30,640 nt of DNA from a virus (Duplodnaviria > Caudoviricetes): positions 1-30,640 of the IMG/VR virus record IMGVR_UViG_3300020325_000054; one strand, 5' to 3'. Positions within the stretch are counted from its first letter, which is position 1. Each line of letters begins with the position of its first letter. The notes beneath the pieces are model-generated. The model did no database searches and was not told the DNA's origin. It was given only the letters and a program-made list of their open reading frames with translations. This document shows positions 25,501-30,640 of this stretch, in pieces. The translations under genes and the position numbers were made by a program.

Positions 25501-28396
25501 TACGGTCAGTGACTAGTTCTGGTGCAACATATGTAATGCTGGTGTCTTTGGTTTGTGTTAAACCATGTGCGCCAAATACAAATACATCCTCATTACGCAT
25601 TACCTGAATCGCCATGTCTCTGGCATATTCAAACGCACGAATAGTTTGTGCTTCTTCACCAGCAACATGTGCTCCTGTTTCATACAAATATGCAGCATCC
25701 CATGTCTCTGCGTTACCACCATATGCTGTATTTTCAGAAACTGCTTCTAAGACATCGATGATATCATCGATGCAGTCCTGTTGATTTCCTGTTGGGGTAA
25801 CAAAACCAGGAAAATCAAGAACCATACGCTCATATGCTTCAGTAGCAATGAAATTCTTGTTAGCAAGGATGAGATCTTTAGCGTCACCATATCGATCAGA
25901 TACTACTTTCTTTTCAGAAAATACTGCCTTCTGTCCAATCTCAATGAATGAAGAGTTAACAATACGCTTGACATATGTCCCATCAGGGATTACTGGAGAT
26001 GAAGGTCTAGTTGCATTTTCATTTAATTTTCCATCAGTAAATTCAGATGGATCATAATCTGCAATAAGCATACCCTGAACAATTCCAGAGGTATCACCAA
26101 CATCAACTAAAGATGCTCCAGCAGTAGATGCTCCACCTTGACGAAGGTAAGAGAAATTACGCATTGCTGCGATTGCAAGGTCTCTAGCGTAATTGTAACC
26201 CTCTAAAGTTTCAGTTAGTTCTCCTGTAATGTAAGAGAGGTTATTACCAACGTAATAAGATTCCGCTGCTTGAATAGTATTAATATTACCACCAAGACGG
26301 AGATCTTGAATAGTAGCATCAATTAGATATCCAATATCACGACGACATTTTTCAATCGTGATGTTTTCCTTAATCGTGATGTTAGGATACTTACCAGTGA
26401 TATATCCATATGCTTCATATGCAATGAAGTTTTTATTTTCTTCAATCCTATTTGCAGCATCTAGATCCTTATTGTTAATCGTTACTGTTCCAGGATTTAG
26501 AATATCAGCAGTTGCCGTAAATTTCTTAAATCCGTTTGGAGTAAGAGTTGCATTAAAAATATTATCCGATCCAGCAGACCTTGGAGTTAATTTAACATAT
26601 AATTTTTCATCAGTTCTAGAACCGATTCTAAAACCGTCAATAGATGCTGCTGGACGGTCAGCAGGATCAAAACCATCATCATTACCAAGATATACTTTAG
26701 TATGATTATTTGGATCGTTAGATGCTTTTACATCGATGGTGTAATATGCATTCTTTTTGGTATTTCCAGTTGTTTCTGGAACAATTTGAGGTGGGATAAT
26801 ATCAGTAATATATCCACCTTTATCTTGATTGAACGCAAATCCTTTAAAACCGATTGCGTGCAGTGAAGTATTACCGAAGTTAGAGTTAGAGTTGGTGATA
26901 GACATGTCACCACCCGACTCCATCAGGAAGTGATCAGCGAAACCAACAGCGAAGATCGAAACGTTCTGAATAAATGCGTCTTCAGATGCACGAACGTGGA
27001 AGTTTCTCCAGTCATCCTTCCAGTATGCATCACCTTTGGTGTGATAAGGAACCGTTGCAAACGCATCAGTTAGTGATGCTTGGTTCCAAGTATTGGTATA
27101 CTCGTCGTAACGAATGAACGCTCTGTCGTCTTTCTGTAGTGAAACACCAGTGTACTGAGCGATAACCATGGATTTAAATCCAGTGGCTTTCAGACCGTTT
27201 GCCCAGATTCCGCAAATACCCCAGGTAGAACGAATAGAGCAGTTAAAGACATACGGAGATGCGGATTCAACAGAGTCAACTTCCGCTTTAACTACCGCGT
27301 TTGCACTTAATCCATTCTGAGAAGTATAGGTTGTTCCGCTTACAAGACCAGCAGTAGTTCCTAGAGCGGCAACAGTTCCACCAATTTGATACTTAAATTT
27401 TCTAGAGTCAACTAAGTCAATCTCACTGATTGGGAATGTGCCATTAAGTTGATCATCCAGACCATTGCCTTCAATTGCAATAAACTGGTTCTTAAAATAT
27501 CCATGATCAACTTTAGTTGTAATTTCAACAGTGATAGTTCCTGCAGGAGAGGAATCTGTACACTTAATACTCTCAATAGAGCGAATATCTGAGAGAGGAC
27601 CAACAATTCTGGTCTCCTGAATTCTTTCAGTGAATTCACCTGGATCATCAATTGTTGGTTGATATTGAGAGAATGCCTTTGCAATCTTTCTATAGTACAG
27701 ACCAAGTTCTTCCTTGTCTGCATATTCAAAAACAGTTAATTTGTGGTGAGAATAGTTAGGAACTGCTAACTGGTCCCAATATCCATTCTGATAGTAAACT
27801 TTACCTACACCTTCATTCTTGTCATAGAGAGGAGAAGAAGGTTCTAGGTCACCATCCTTAATGGTGAATTGCCAGAAGTAACATGCACCCGTAACATTAA
27901 AGATAGCAGAACGCTTCTCTAATCTATCAGCAGGGTCAGGAACATATAGAGGACGAACAACAGTACGGCGAAGGTCATAACCTACAAGAGATGAACCTCT
28001 AGGAAGGATAGCACCACCTTCAGTGTTGTTAAAGAGATATAACTTGTTATTTGGATCAGAGATATCAAGGTTAGAGCTATCTTCCCACTCATTTAATGCT
28101 TGATTGAACGAGAAAGCATCAATACCATTAGTATCTACAAGACCTGGACGGTTATCAATATAGTGATTACCAGGCATCAACATGATCGTGAACTGGTCAA
28201 AACGATCATTGTCGGGACCAGGCAGATAAGAATACCTAGCAATTTCTAGGAATGCTCTCTGAATGGACTTGAATGGTCTAATAGGCGAATTGCCTCGGTT
28301 ATTCAACTCATCCGACGCATTAAAATCGTCAGGAGAAACATACAAATACTTACCAGTTTTGGAGCTGATAAGGTTATCAAGTCTAGTCAAAGCCAT
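16520..28396 (-). CDS. Giant virion structural protein / long tail fibre (~3958 aa)
   Basis: Late promoter upstream; N-terminal YVS..D..RG....PFKSIQRA; internal repeats; fibre-type GRVGIN/KLGIN motifs; gp34-like LP..PQSGDTV repeat at the C-terminus. ATG 28396 preferred over TTG 28405. Confidence 0.85.
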   Translation of the reverse strand: MALTRLDNLISSKTGKYLYVSPDDFNASDELNNRGNSPIRPFKSIQRAFLEIARYSYLPGPDNDRFDQFTIMLMPGNHYIDNRPGLVDTNGIDAFSFNQALNEWEDSSNLDISDPNNKLYLFNNTEGGAILPRGSSLVGYDLRRTVVRPLYVPDPADRLEKRSAIFNVTGACYFWQFTIKDGDLEPSSPLYDKNEGVGKVYYQNGYWDQLAVPNYSHHKLTVFEYADKEELGLYYRKIAKAFSQYQPTIDDPGEFTERIQETRIVGPLSDIRSIESIKCTDSSPAGTITVEITTKVDHGYFKNQFIAIEGNGLDDQLNGTFPISEIDLVDSRKFKYQIGGTVAALGTTAGLVSGTTYTSQNGLSANAVVKAEVDSVESASPYVFNCSIRSTWGICGIWANGLKATGFKSMVIAQYTGVSLQKDDRAFIRYDEYTNTWNQASLTDAFATVPYHTKGDAYWKDDWRNFHVRASEDAFIQNVSIFAVGFADHFLMESGGDMSITNSNSNFGNTSLHAIGFKGFAFNQDKGGYITDIIPPQIVPETTGNTKKNAYYTIDVKASNDPNNHTKVYLGNDDGFDPADRPAASIDGFRIGSRTDEKLYVKLTPRSAGSDNIFNATLTPNGFKKFTATADILNPGTVTINNKDLDAANRIEENKNFIAYEAYGYITGKYPNITIKENITIEKCRRDIGYLIDATIQDLRLGGNINTIQAAESYYVGNNLSYITGELTETLEGYNYARDLAIAAMRNFSYLRQGGASTAGASLVDVGDTSGIVQGMLIADYDPSEFTDGKLNENATRPSSPVIPDGTYVKRIVNSSFIEIGQKAVFSEKKVVSDRYGDAKDLILANKNFIATEAYERMVLDFPGFVTPTGNQQDCIDDIIDVLEAVSENTAYGGNAETWDAAYLYETGAHVAGEEAQTIRAFEYARDMAIQVMRNEDVFVFGAHGLTQTKDTSITYVAPELVTDRNGDARNLILANKDLIAAEAVARMLAVYPSFTVAGGNQNCIDDVVDLLEAVADNVAYGGNDKTWDAAYSYVHGAHVAGEEAETNYVFEQAKEMAAQVMRNQKILSIGSHGLTQTYDTTITYDIPDPVVDRNGDARDLILANKSLIAYEAYARMLAEHPGFSVPTGNPLDCIDDIQDFVEEVSYNLAFGGNDRVWDMSNLYVQGAHVAGEEVQTVDALDYARDIMIQVLRNEKVLKVGSHGHTQTFDNTITDNIATPVNNKSADAKDLILSNKNFIAEVAFGRMKNQYPTFAVPTNNDTDCIDDIKDIIEVVAHNLAFGGNDRTWDAANLYATGQHVSGEETQTLYAFNEARDLMIEVMRNETVTAGSYTSLSQTFDNTITTDTNNPACVDQATTIASLVQLLTNTISAGSTLYSVTRTVSAGPCNDVRDALTTLTTIVTNAITTPGTLAGVPRTVSVGSCEDVRSTINTLFTIVQDAVITPSTLSSVGRTISNGSCQNVASAITTLFKILTDTITNSGYLESIERQEAPLGLAFGPSVNANATSSNLYLYFTLTSGTYTSEFSPTVDETITQHTTYPECADQASAIRQYFANITTIIQTGLNTVPRNEPTQLTTELASRATVWTLRDSTGTNPHNLESGTPVRLVPRPRYDTVTNQYVDVDKRKVRLPSGFDTNEKYYVIAPGRTTKPEDYSGVGAFDGSDQTKLMLASSKENAAAGIYIHSSEVEAIDPDIEIDIYQFVLDDKYDLHQYNCILDTAVNSGIRTDVPHIFDVPFASVTGHQVFFRANEGGSLPLVGAAYAQDPSVSDSNGRIKQNASFWARYQNEKVFTIHTTKADAIANVNPITFQPGTYDFAAFADKREAPMRFDPTYQNPDTSPQIYGKWYLQVENHSENPNDPQYTYNILTRLHENTYSDLSGQDKTNDTWFERIKDEREADERIYRLRYVIPKYLQAVRDPINGFSIKVRKDETRKLLPQKLVLRPVTGSVTKARFFNPVQANEVIGYTKQDFIDNSLNEEVAYDPYKRDIVGGTQYAKVIETQNYVSMTIQSGRYFIDGSSGDELLELDVFDLGVTNLGLLNETFTTVKITAPQGGNFVADRTQSLDSTNRIEWFGNSSGYGYLHAALNVPGTSEWHLIIKGVSGKIDYSEFDNIRFSQGSVFADLLNDPDFGKSLYIKDLIAKGYPEYYYRQKGASVYTVTPGDIITDDANVQYYVESVTDTGELDDTFYIFDSLEIQRRIYGQQDGIYYLTAVRGNVSPFPTGAGNQGNFRNMKFSQPISKLYPLNYKNDPLWFKQLDVNAVDPPQTYSAADNYTHGLVTVNDFKGSMTREMVEDFISQAALSRNTYTQVSSVVDNRIKAQKGNATSGSEDRRIPIAGDSTVMSDMRLYVELRRPSIARAGNHTFEYLGFGPGNYSTGLPARQEIVLTPTQDFYAQSKKQDGGLVFYTGLNSNGDLYIGNRKIDAITGEEEFLESAQLVDSDDDAEDVGNLVTTFDTPVTFNENITVNGGDQQDKVSTFNSPVVINVLGRVRDYALNVISNVSPSDGDDGLLDKTQQFLNQDTFGDIVIARNRVAASVFQFNPRGSNGAAQGYKIQNHAVGNEGSNYTPNQSSLYSTGLGTALDPLQAVQYGNAGAPLAGDILLKGNEVGITGSLGWIYANFFQAIPAANIESLQMNGSTVIKINWGNNLKNKQVGVTSGSNIRISNFSDSGFNGNWQILSNGFDPEDTSCEIAILENRGNVANDNPRLWSNEVSNNPNVLMEFSNSSWKEVGVLGSETLRTETSAIGNYKLGINTVARSEHEAWKTGFVDPFTTPRANLDVVGTAFISGKTIPDYLDHTVYGNRTEVAENNALLVGGDSATPNNEATLRVATTNNGRVGINVTNAELDRALVVDGLSRFTDDARFEHDIEVNGDNGVTAEIRTSQTSGIFNLVTDSTFTGTLNIGNKVSDLYVLNTSTDKQRTYLGNASTESYIWLGNTPDTSSNISQIIVGGAYDNNETLSYTLIGSKAFKTAGDFQLGTRRGLTDTVKLSTTAGIVEFFSGNSATTKIDFATNASDITIAGQGGDTRIRNNLIVDSTATFNSDVTLCGGVASYSFVADRGQIGSTTISHTSGILGNNLFNSNVDIISVARKTTADAEYNAVDTSGSGTWGGSVFQNEITTIGGTPIIQPQVLPALSGEQYYLPIKNKPVTATGDQYISENDILLIDTPTVGAQHPEFVRVVSLPRINVAPFFLVVERLPFGTFTSTRSDHSDTTPIYKCNVQFNSTWITQNIDNSGNEDNVYLAQFGGTIAIGDYVIISRDDGIPSGDGVDDEGEVFKVKTLIDQVAKKFRISGDCDSSDGDVFIVNSVTGDTTIKGDVIINNGLTINGGCDSPIRGTITGSITGTYKDVASEFITAISDADIANVEIGDLVKFDPAENYTRFSIYPRTRIKEIRYATDNNTIVLTRRLEVDATFTVKVIVYKNEEFVITNNKGQTGFFYDTCNSELEIGNQARRLDISRVYPDVETPSTTVSSYDNITSDVRVYSYWVDPLTINAGGPTTTLNADAANGPIAGSTYLTVAELGTGNGQFAVDDLIIVGATSDISQNGLTGNNWEIMKIAAIDAPSKTLRCLPGQEGTNTQGLSVYPASTTSVIRILKHPESSGLYDIELRSRSGTGSFVSAIISDGHIVQQKLDYPNWVRFVDVRNNSKDEWFFVNGGLFGKYHSPIMNDAIQVGDVPYRTGSLKLNEDLKLLGGSILVSDSVNKTPVLFVNNDDGHADHPGNIEFNAGIVGRGDIKLYSASCPESDSISSCSPTFSVDLDGDVLAGKSLTIRGTALEIPPKVPQLDLLNLGPNGANTFTVNQDQSIDAFGLTNFYTSSGGRHARYVASGSDPSAKFLTPNVQYFANVDQGDALILYLPENPQSGDTVSVIEVGGNLTYDTSLIMRAQGIGTRVQGDSTGTTIGIGGTTPYSAGELIVQTPNAGFTLVYLGGTDSNGTIVSSGVQGWWLKEV
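23960..24350 (-). repeat. Four 36-aa helical repeats (C..V...I.TL..I.T..I)
   Basis: Cys codons at 24343, 24235, 24127 and 24019, exactly 108 nt apart. Confidence 0.9.
24360..25894 (-). repeat. Four tandem ~130-aa repeats (DA..LILANK..CIDD..GGN..WD..HVAGEE)
   Basis: Repeat-start Asp codons at 25885, 25495, 25108 and 24718 (spacing 390, 387, 390 nt). Confidence 0.95.
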
Positions 28397-28437
28397 ATTA
28401 CTCAACCGCTGCGGTTATCTAAGATCTGATCTCAGAT

Positions 28438-28445
28438 TATTTATA
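28438..28445 (-). promoter_or_regulatory. T4-type late promoter
   Basis: Exact TATAAATA in the intergenic region upstream of the giant structural gene. Confidence 0.9.
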
Positions 28446-28465
28446 CAACTCTGGGTGTAGGATTT

Positions 28466-29056
28466 CTATTTAAAACAGGGTCCATTCATCCAAGCAACCA
28501 ATGAAATACGCTTCCCAGATTTTACTGGTCGAACTCTATGTGGCATCCAAGCAGGAAATATTAATGCATCACCTTTTTTGGGTTTTGTCGAAATAAAAAA
28601 GTTTTTATAATAATGAAATTGCAACTCTCCACCAGTGTATTCTTCTGGATCACTCAGAATCAAAGAACATGATAATTTTCTTTCAGTTACAACGCCATCC
28701 TCTCTTTTCATAGCACCTGCACCAGAATCAACATGCCAAGTGTAAAAATCTTTATTAGATCCATTATAAATGGTCGCCTGTATATGAGTTTGAAAATGAG
28801 TTAAATCATACTTAAAATACTCTTTATTTGCTGATATCATTATGTTGTGAATGATTCCTGCAATCCACTCATCCCAATTTATCCAAGCAACTTTTGAAGA
28901 TCTATATGGTTCGTTATTACTAGGCATAGGCATAATTCCACCTATACTAGCATCTTCGTATTCCATTTCTTCTACGTATTTGATCATAGAAGAAATTAGA
29001 TCATCAGGAAGTTTAGATGGAATTGTATATACTAATCTATCAGTGAACGATAACAT
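28466..29056 (-). CDS. 2OG-Fe(II) oxygenase (prolyl-4-hydroxylase/PKHD-like)
   Basis: WHVD, RKLSCSL, YTGGELQF and GDALIFPAWMPHRVRPVKSGKRISLVAW give an intact HxD...H triad and RxS. Confidence 0.92.
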   Translation of the reverse strand: MLSFTDRLVYTIPSKLPDDLISSMIKYVEEMEYEDASIGGIMPMPSNNEPYRSSKVAWINWDEWIAGIIHNIMISANKEYFKYDLTHFQTHIQATIYNGSNKDFYTWHVDSGAGAMKREDGVVTERKLSCSLILSDPEEYTGGELQFHYYKNFFISTKPKKGDALIFPAWMPHRVRPVKSGKRISLVAWMNGPCFK

Positions 29057-29071
29057 TTATAAGAAGCATAA

Positions 29072-29143
29072 CTCCCCTTCCTGGGATCGAACCAGGGACC
29101 AAACGATTAACAGTCGTTCGCTCTACCGCTGAGCTAAAGAGGA
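29072..29143 (-). tRNA. tRNA-Asn (GTT)
   Basis: Cloverleaf; anticodon loop CTGTTAA; GTTCGAT T-loop; no encoded CCA. Confidence 0.95.
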
Positions 29144-29152
29144 TTGGGAATA

Positions 29153-29266
29153 CCCCCTGCTCGTCAGCAGGGGAGGCTCGAGAAGGATCCCACTTCTCTC
29201 TCACATGGGTTGGGATTCCGATTCTTTTTTCTCTCGGAGATGTGAGCACGGATGTCGCCAATCCGT
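29153..29266 (-). ncRNA. Candidate structured RNA between tRNA-Ala and tRNA-Asn
   Basis: Five perfect stems and a 6-bp pseudoknot can be read directly from the sequence (see finding). Confidence 0.7.
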
Positions 29267-29269
29267 TTA

Positions 29270-29342
29270 TGGAGAATAGCGGACTCGAACCGCTGACATC
29301 CTGCTTGCAAAGCAGGCGCTCTACCAACTGAGCTAATTCCCC
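29270..29342 (-). tRNA. tRNA-Ala (TGC)
   Basis: GGGGAAT/ATTCTCC acceptor stem with G3:U70; anticodon loop TTTGCAA. Confidence 0.97.
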
Positions 29343-29617
29343 AGAGGGGGTATCCCACCCCCAGTAGGTTATTTGGGTAACAAGGCTAACCTAACCCCGA
29401 TCTCCCATATCAGGCAGCAACGGTGCTGCGGGAGAATGCTACGATGTTGTTCGCAGCGACATCAGATGTGTTTGCATCTATTGGTTGCTTATCCAAGCAG
29501 GTTTCAGTCACGCTCCTTATACCCCGTCGAGACCATTGCGCCCCCATGAGTGGAAGCGAGGAGAATCGAACTCCTGTCCGAAATATCGGTGGCGTCACCT
29601 ATTCCACAAAAGTGGAA
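29343..29617 (-). ncRNA. ssrA: Circularly permuted (two-piece) tmRNA
   Basis: Acceptor piece ..GGACAGGAGTTCGATTCTCCTCGCTTCCA ends at 29551. After a 5-nt spacer, the coding piece starts GGGGGCGCAATGGTCTCGACGGGG at 29545. G3:U70 is present and the tag frame ends ANNIVAFSRSTVAA-stop at 29410. Outer ends are inferred from the flanking tRNAs. Confidence 0.93.
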
Positions 29618-29691
29618 AGCCACATGTCGGACTTGAACCGACGACCTACGGTTTACAAAACCGTTGCTCTATCCAGCTGAGCTAAAGTGGC
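29618..29691 (-). tRNA. tRNA-Thr (TGT)
   Basis: Cloverleaf; anticodon loop TTTGTAA; one U:U mismatch in the acceptor stem. Confidence 0.95.
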
Positions 29692-30148
29692 GCATGAATT
29701 CTAGATGTCCCCATTGAGAACCCCAGATTTTTTGTCCTGTTTCGGGGTCAATTCCCGAATCCATGACCTTGTAGATATTATATCCTAAAACAATGTCGTT
29801 TGTCAAGTAAGTTTTAATTCCTTTCCAATTGACCCAACAATTACAATCTGTGTTGTGTCCATGATATTCACTACCAACTAACTCAAAGATTGTATCACAT
29901 CCTTTTTTGTATACATCACCATTTTTGTCATAATTTTTGATGCGAAATTTTTCTCCTTCTGGGAAAACTCGCATCCGAAAATGCCTGTATGGTCTATCTT
30001 GTGAGTGATAGTATGCTTGTTTACCTTCAAACCATTCACCGCCTATCCATTCATGTGTGATGATTATTCTAGCATATCTTGTGGGATATTGCATCGCTTG
30101 CAAGCGATTATCAAAAGTTCCCTCAAGATAGTCATGAAAATGTGTCAT
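29669..30148 (-). CDS. cpeT: CpeT/CpcT-like phycobiliprotein lyase
   Basis: LEGTFDNRLQAMQYPTRYARI..QAY....RPYR..GCD..D.G.D..TGQKIWGS.WG.LEF matches phage T-type bilin lyases. Confidence 0.88.
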   Translation of the reverse strand: MTHFHDYLEGTFDNRLQAMQYPTRYARIIITHEWIGGEWFEGKQAYYHSQDRPYRHFRMRVFPEGEKFRIKNYDKNGDVYKKGCDTIFELVGSEYHGHNTDCNCWVNWKGIKTYLTNDIVLGYNIYKVMDSGIDPETGQKIWGSQWGHLEFMRHFSSAG

Positions 30149-30428
30149 CAGGCAATAGTTCTGGATTCATAAGTTCTACATTGAATAAACATGGATGGCA
30201 TTCTTCTTCAATCAAGTAAGAGGAACATTGATCTAGTTGATCAAGAGTGAACTCAGGATTGAGTGCTGCTTCTGCTTTAATCCACTTATCATCAAGTTCT
30301 TCTTTCTCTACAGTATCAAAAGTAAATGGCACCCCTTCAATAAAATACATTCTCACTATTGTCTCGTAATTTTCAGGAAAAGTACAAAAGACGTATTTTG
30401 AAGTGATCTGGTATCCTTGGAATGACAT
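30132..30428 (-). CDS. Hypothetical cyanophage protein upstream of cpeT
   Basis: ORF track (RMYFIEGVPFTFD..SSYLIEEECHP); late promoter upstream. Confidence 0.8.
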   Translation of the reverse strand: MSFQGYQITSKYVFCTFPENYETIVRMYFIEGVPFTFDTVEKEELDDKWIKAEAALNPEFTLDQLDQCSSYLIEEECHPCLFNVELMNPELLPDDTFS

Positions 30429-30451
30429 TATTTTGTTTTGTCTACCTGAAC

Positions 30452-30459
30452 TATTTATG
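30452..30459 (-). promoter_or_regulatory. T4-type late promoter
   Basis: CATAAATA, 23 nt upstream of the ATG at 30428. Confidence 0.65.
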
Positions 30460-30474
30460 TGGGTTTGCCCACAA

Positions 30475-30559
30475 TAGGAGTGGGGGGACTTGAACCCCCA
30501 CGACCGTAATGGTCAACAGATTTTAAGTCTGGTGTGTCTACCGATTCCACCACACTCCC
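30475..30559 (-). tRNA. tRNA-Leu (TAA)
   Basis: Cloverleaf with a long variable arm; anticodon loop CTTAAAA; no intron. Confidence 0.95.
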
Positions 30560-30563
30560 TAGG

Positions 30564-30636
30564 TGCTTCCTGAGAGGATCGAACTCTCCTTAGGCAAATT
30601 ATGAGTTTGCTGCATTCACCAGATTGCTAAGGAAGC
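30564..30636 (-). tRNA. tRNA with CAT anticodon (elongator Met or Ile2)
   Basis: GCTTCCT/AGGAAGC acceptor stem; anticodon loop CTCATAA; lacks initiator hallmarks. Confidence 0.9.
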
Positions 30637-30640
30637 AGAT

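Noticed and set aside
24360-25894. Fibre repeats as a diversity-generating retroelement template/variable pair
   Set aside because: They are in-frame protein repeats with general divergence, and there is no reverse transcriptase in the window.
9728-28460. Many plus-strand and alternate-frame ORFs inside the structural genes
   Set aside because: Antisense or shadow frames of long genes with biased codons; no motifs or expression signals.
29410-29598. 62-aa ORF ending in the tag sequence as a protein-coding gene
   Set aside because: It runs through the tmRNA acceptor arm; only its 3' part is the tag reading frame.
29343-29617. tmRNA as a prophage attachment-site remnant or host contamination
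   Set aside because: All parts of the gene are present and co-oriented within phage tRNAs, it is flanked by phage genes, and there is no integrase or duplicated 3' fragment in the window.
29040-29685. Other ORFs overlapping the tRNA cluster (29040-29327, 29164-29358, 29423-29680, 29485-29685)
   Set aside because: These are translations of tRNA and tmRNA sequence.

Overview
A segment of a T4-like marine cyanophage (cyanomyovirus) genome, with essentially all genes on the minus strand. In transcription order (right to left) it begins with tRNA-CAU, tRNA-Leu, a conserved hypothetical gene and a CpeT-like bilin lyase. An RNA cluster follows: tRNA-Thr, a complete circularly permuted (two-piece, cyanobacterial-type) tmRNA gene, tRNA-Ala, a compact pseudoknotted RNA and tRNA-Asn. 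Next come a 2OG-Fe(II) oxygenase and a late-promoter tail module: a ~3,960-aa fibre-like protein, three tail-collar proteins and a fibre chaperone. The window ends in an early region of small ORFs with an SF2 helicase, two TIGR02466-like oxygenases (one apparently catalytically dead), sigma70-type promoters and a repeated palindromic early-promoter motif. The most notable features are the phage tmRNA with an apparently extended tag, a cpeT stop codon buried inside tRNA-Thr directly upstream of that tmRNA, nested 'Russian-doll' repeats in the giant fibre, and a PEBP (YbhB/YbcL)-like domain inserted into a tail-collar domain. All family assignments come from motifs recognised by eye; no searches were run.
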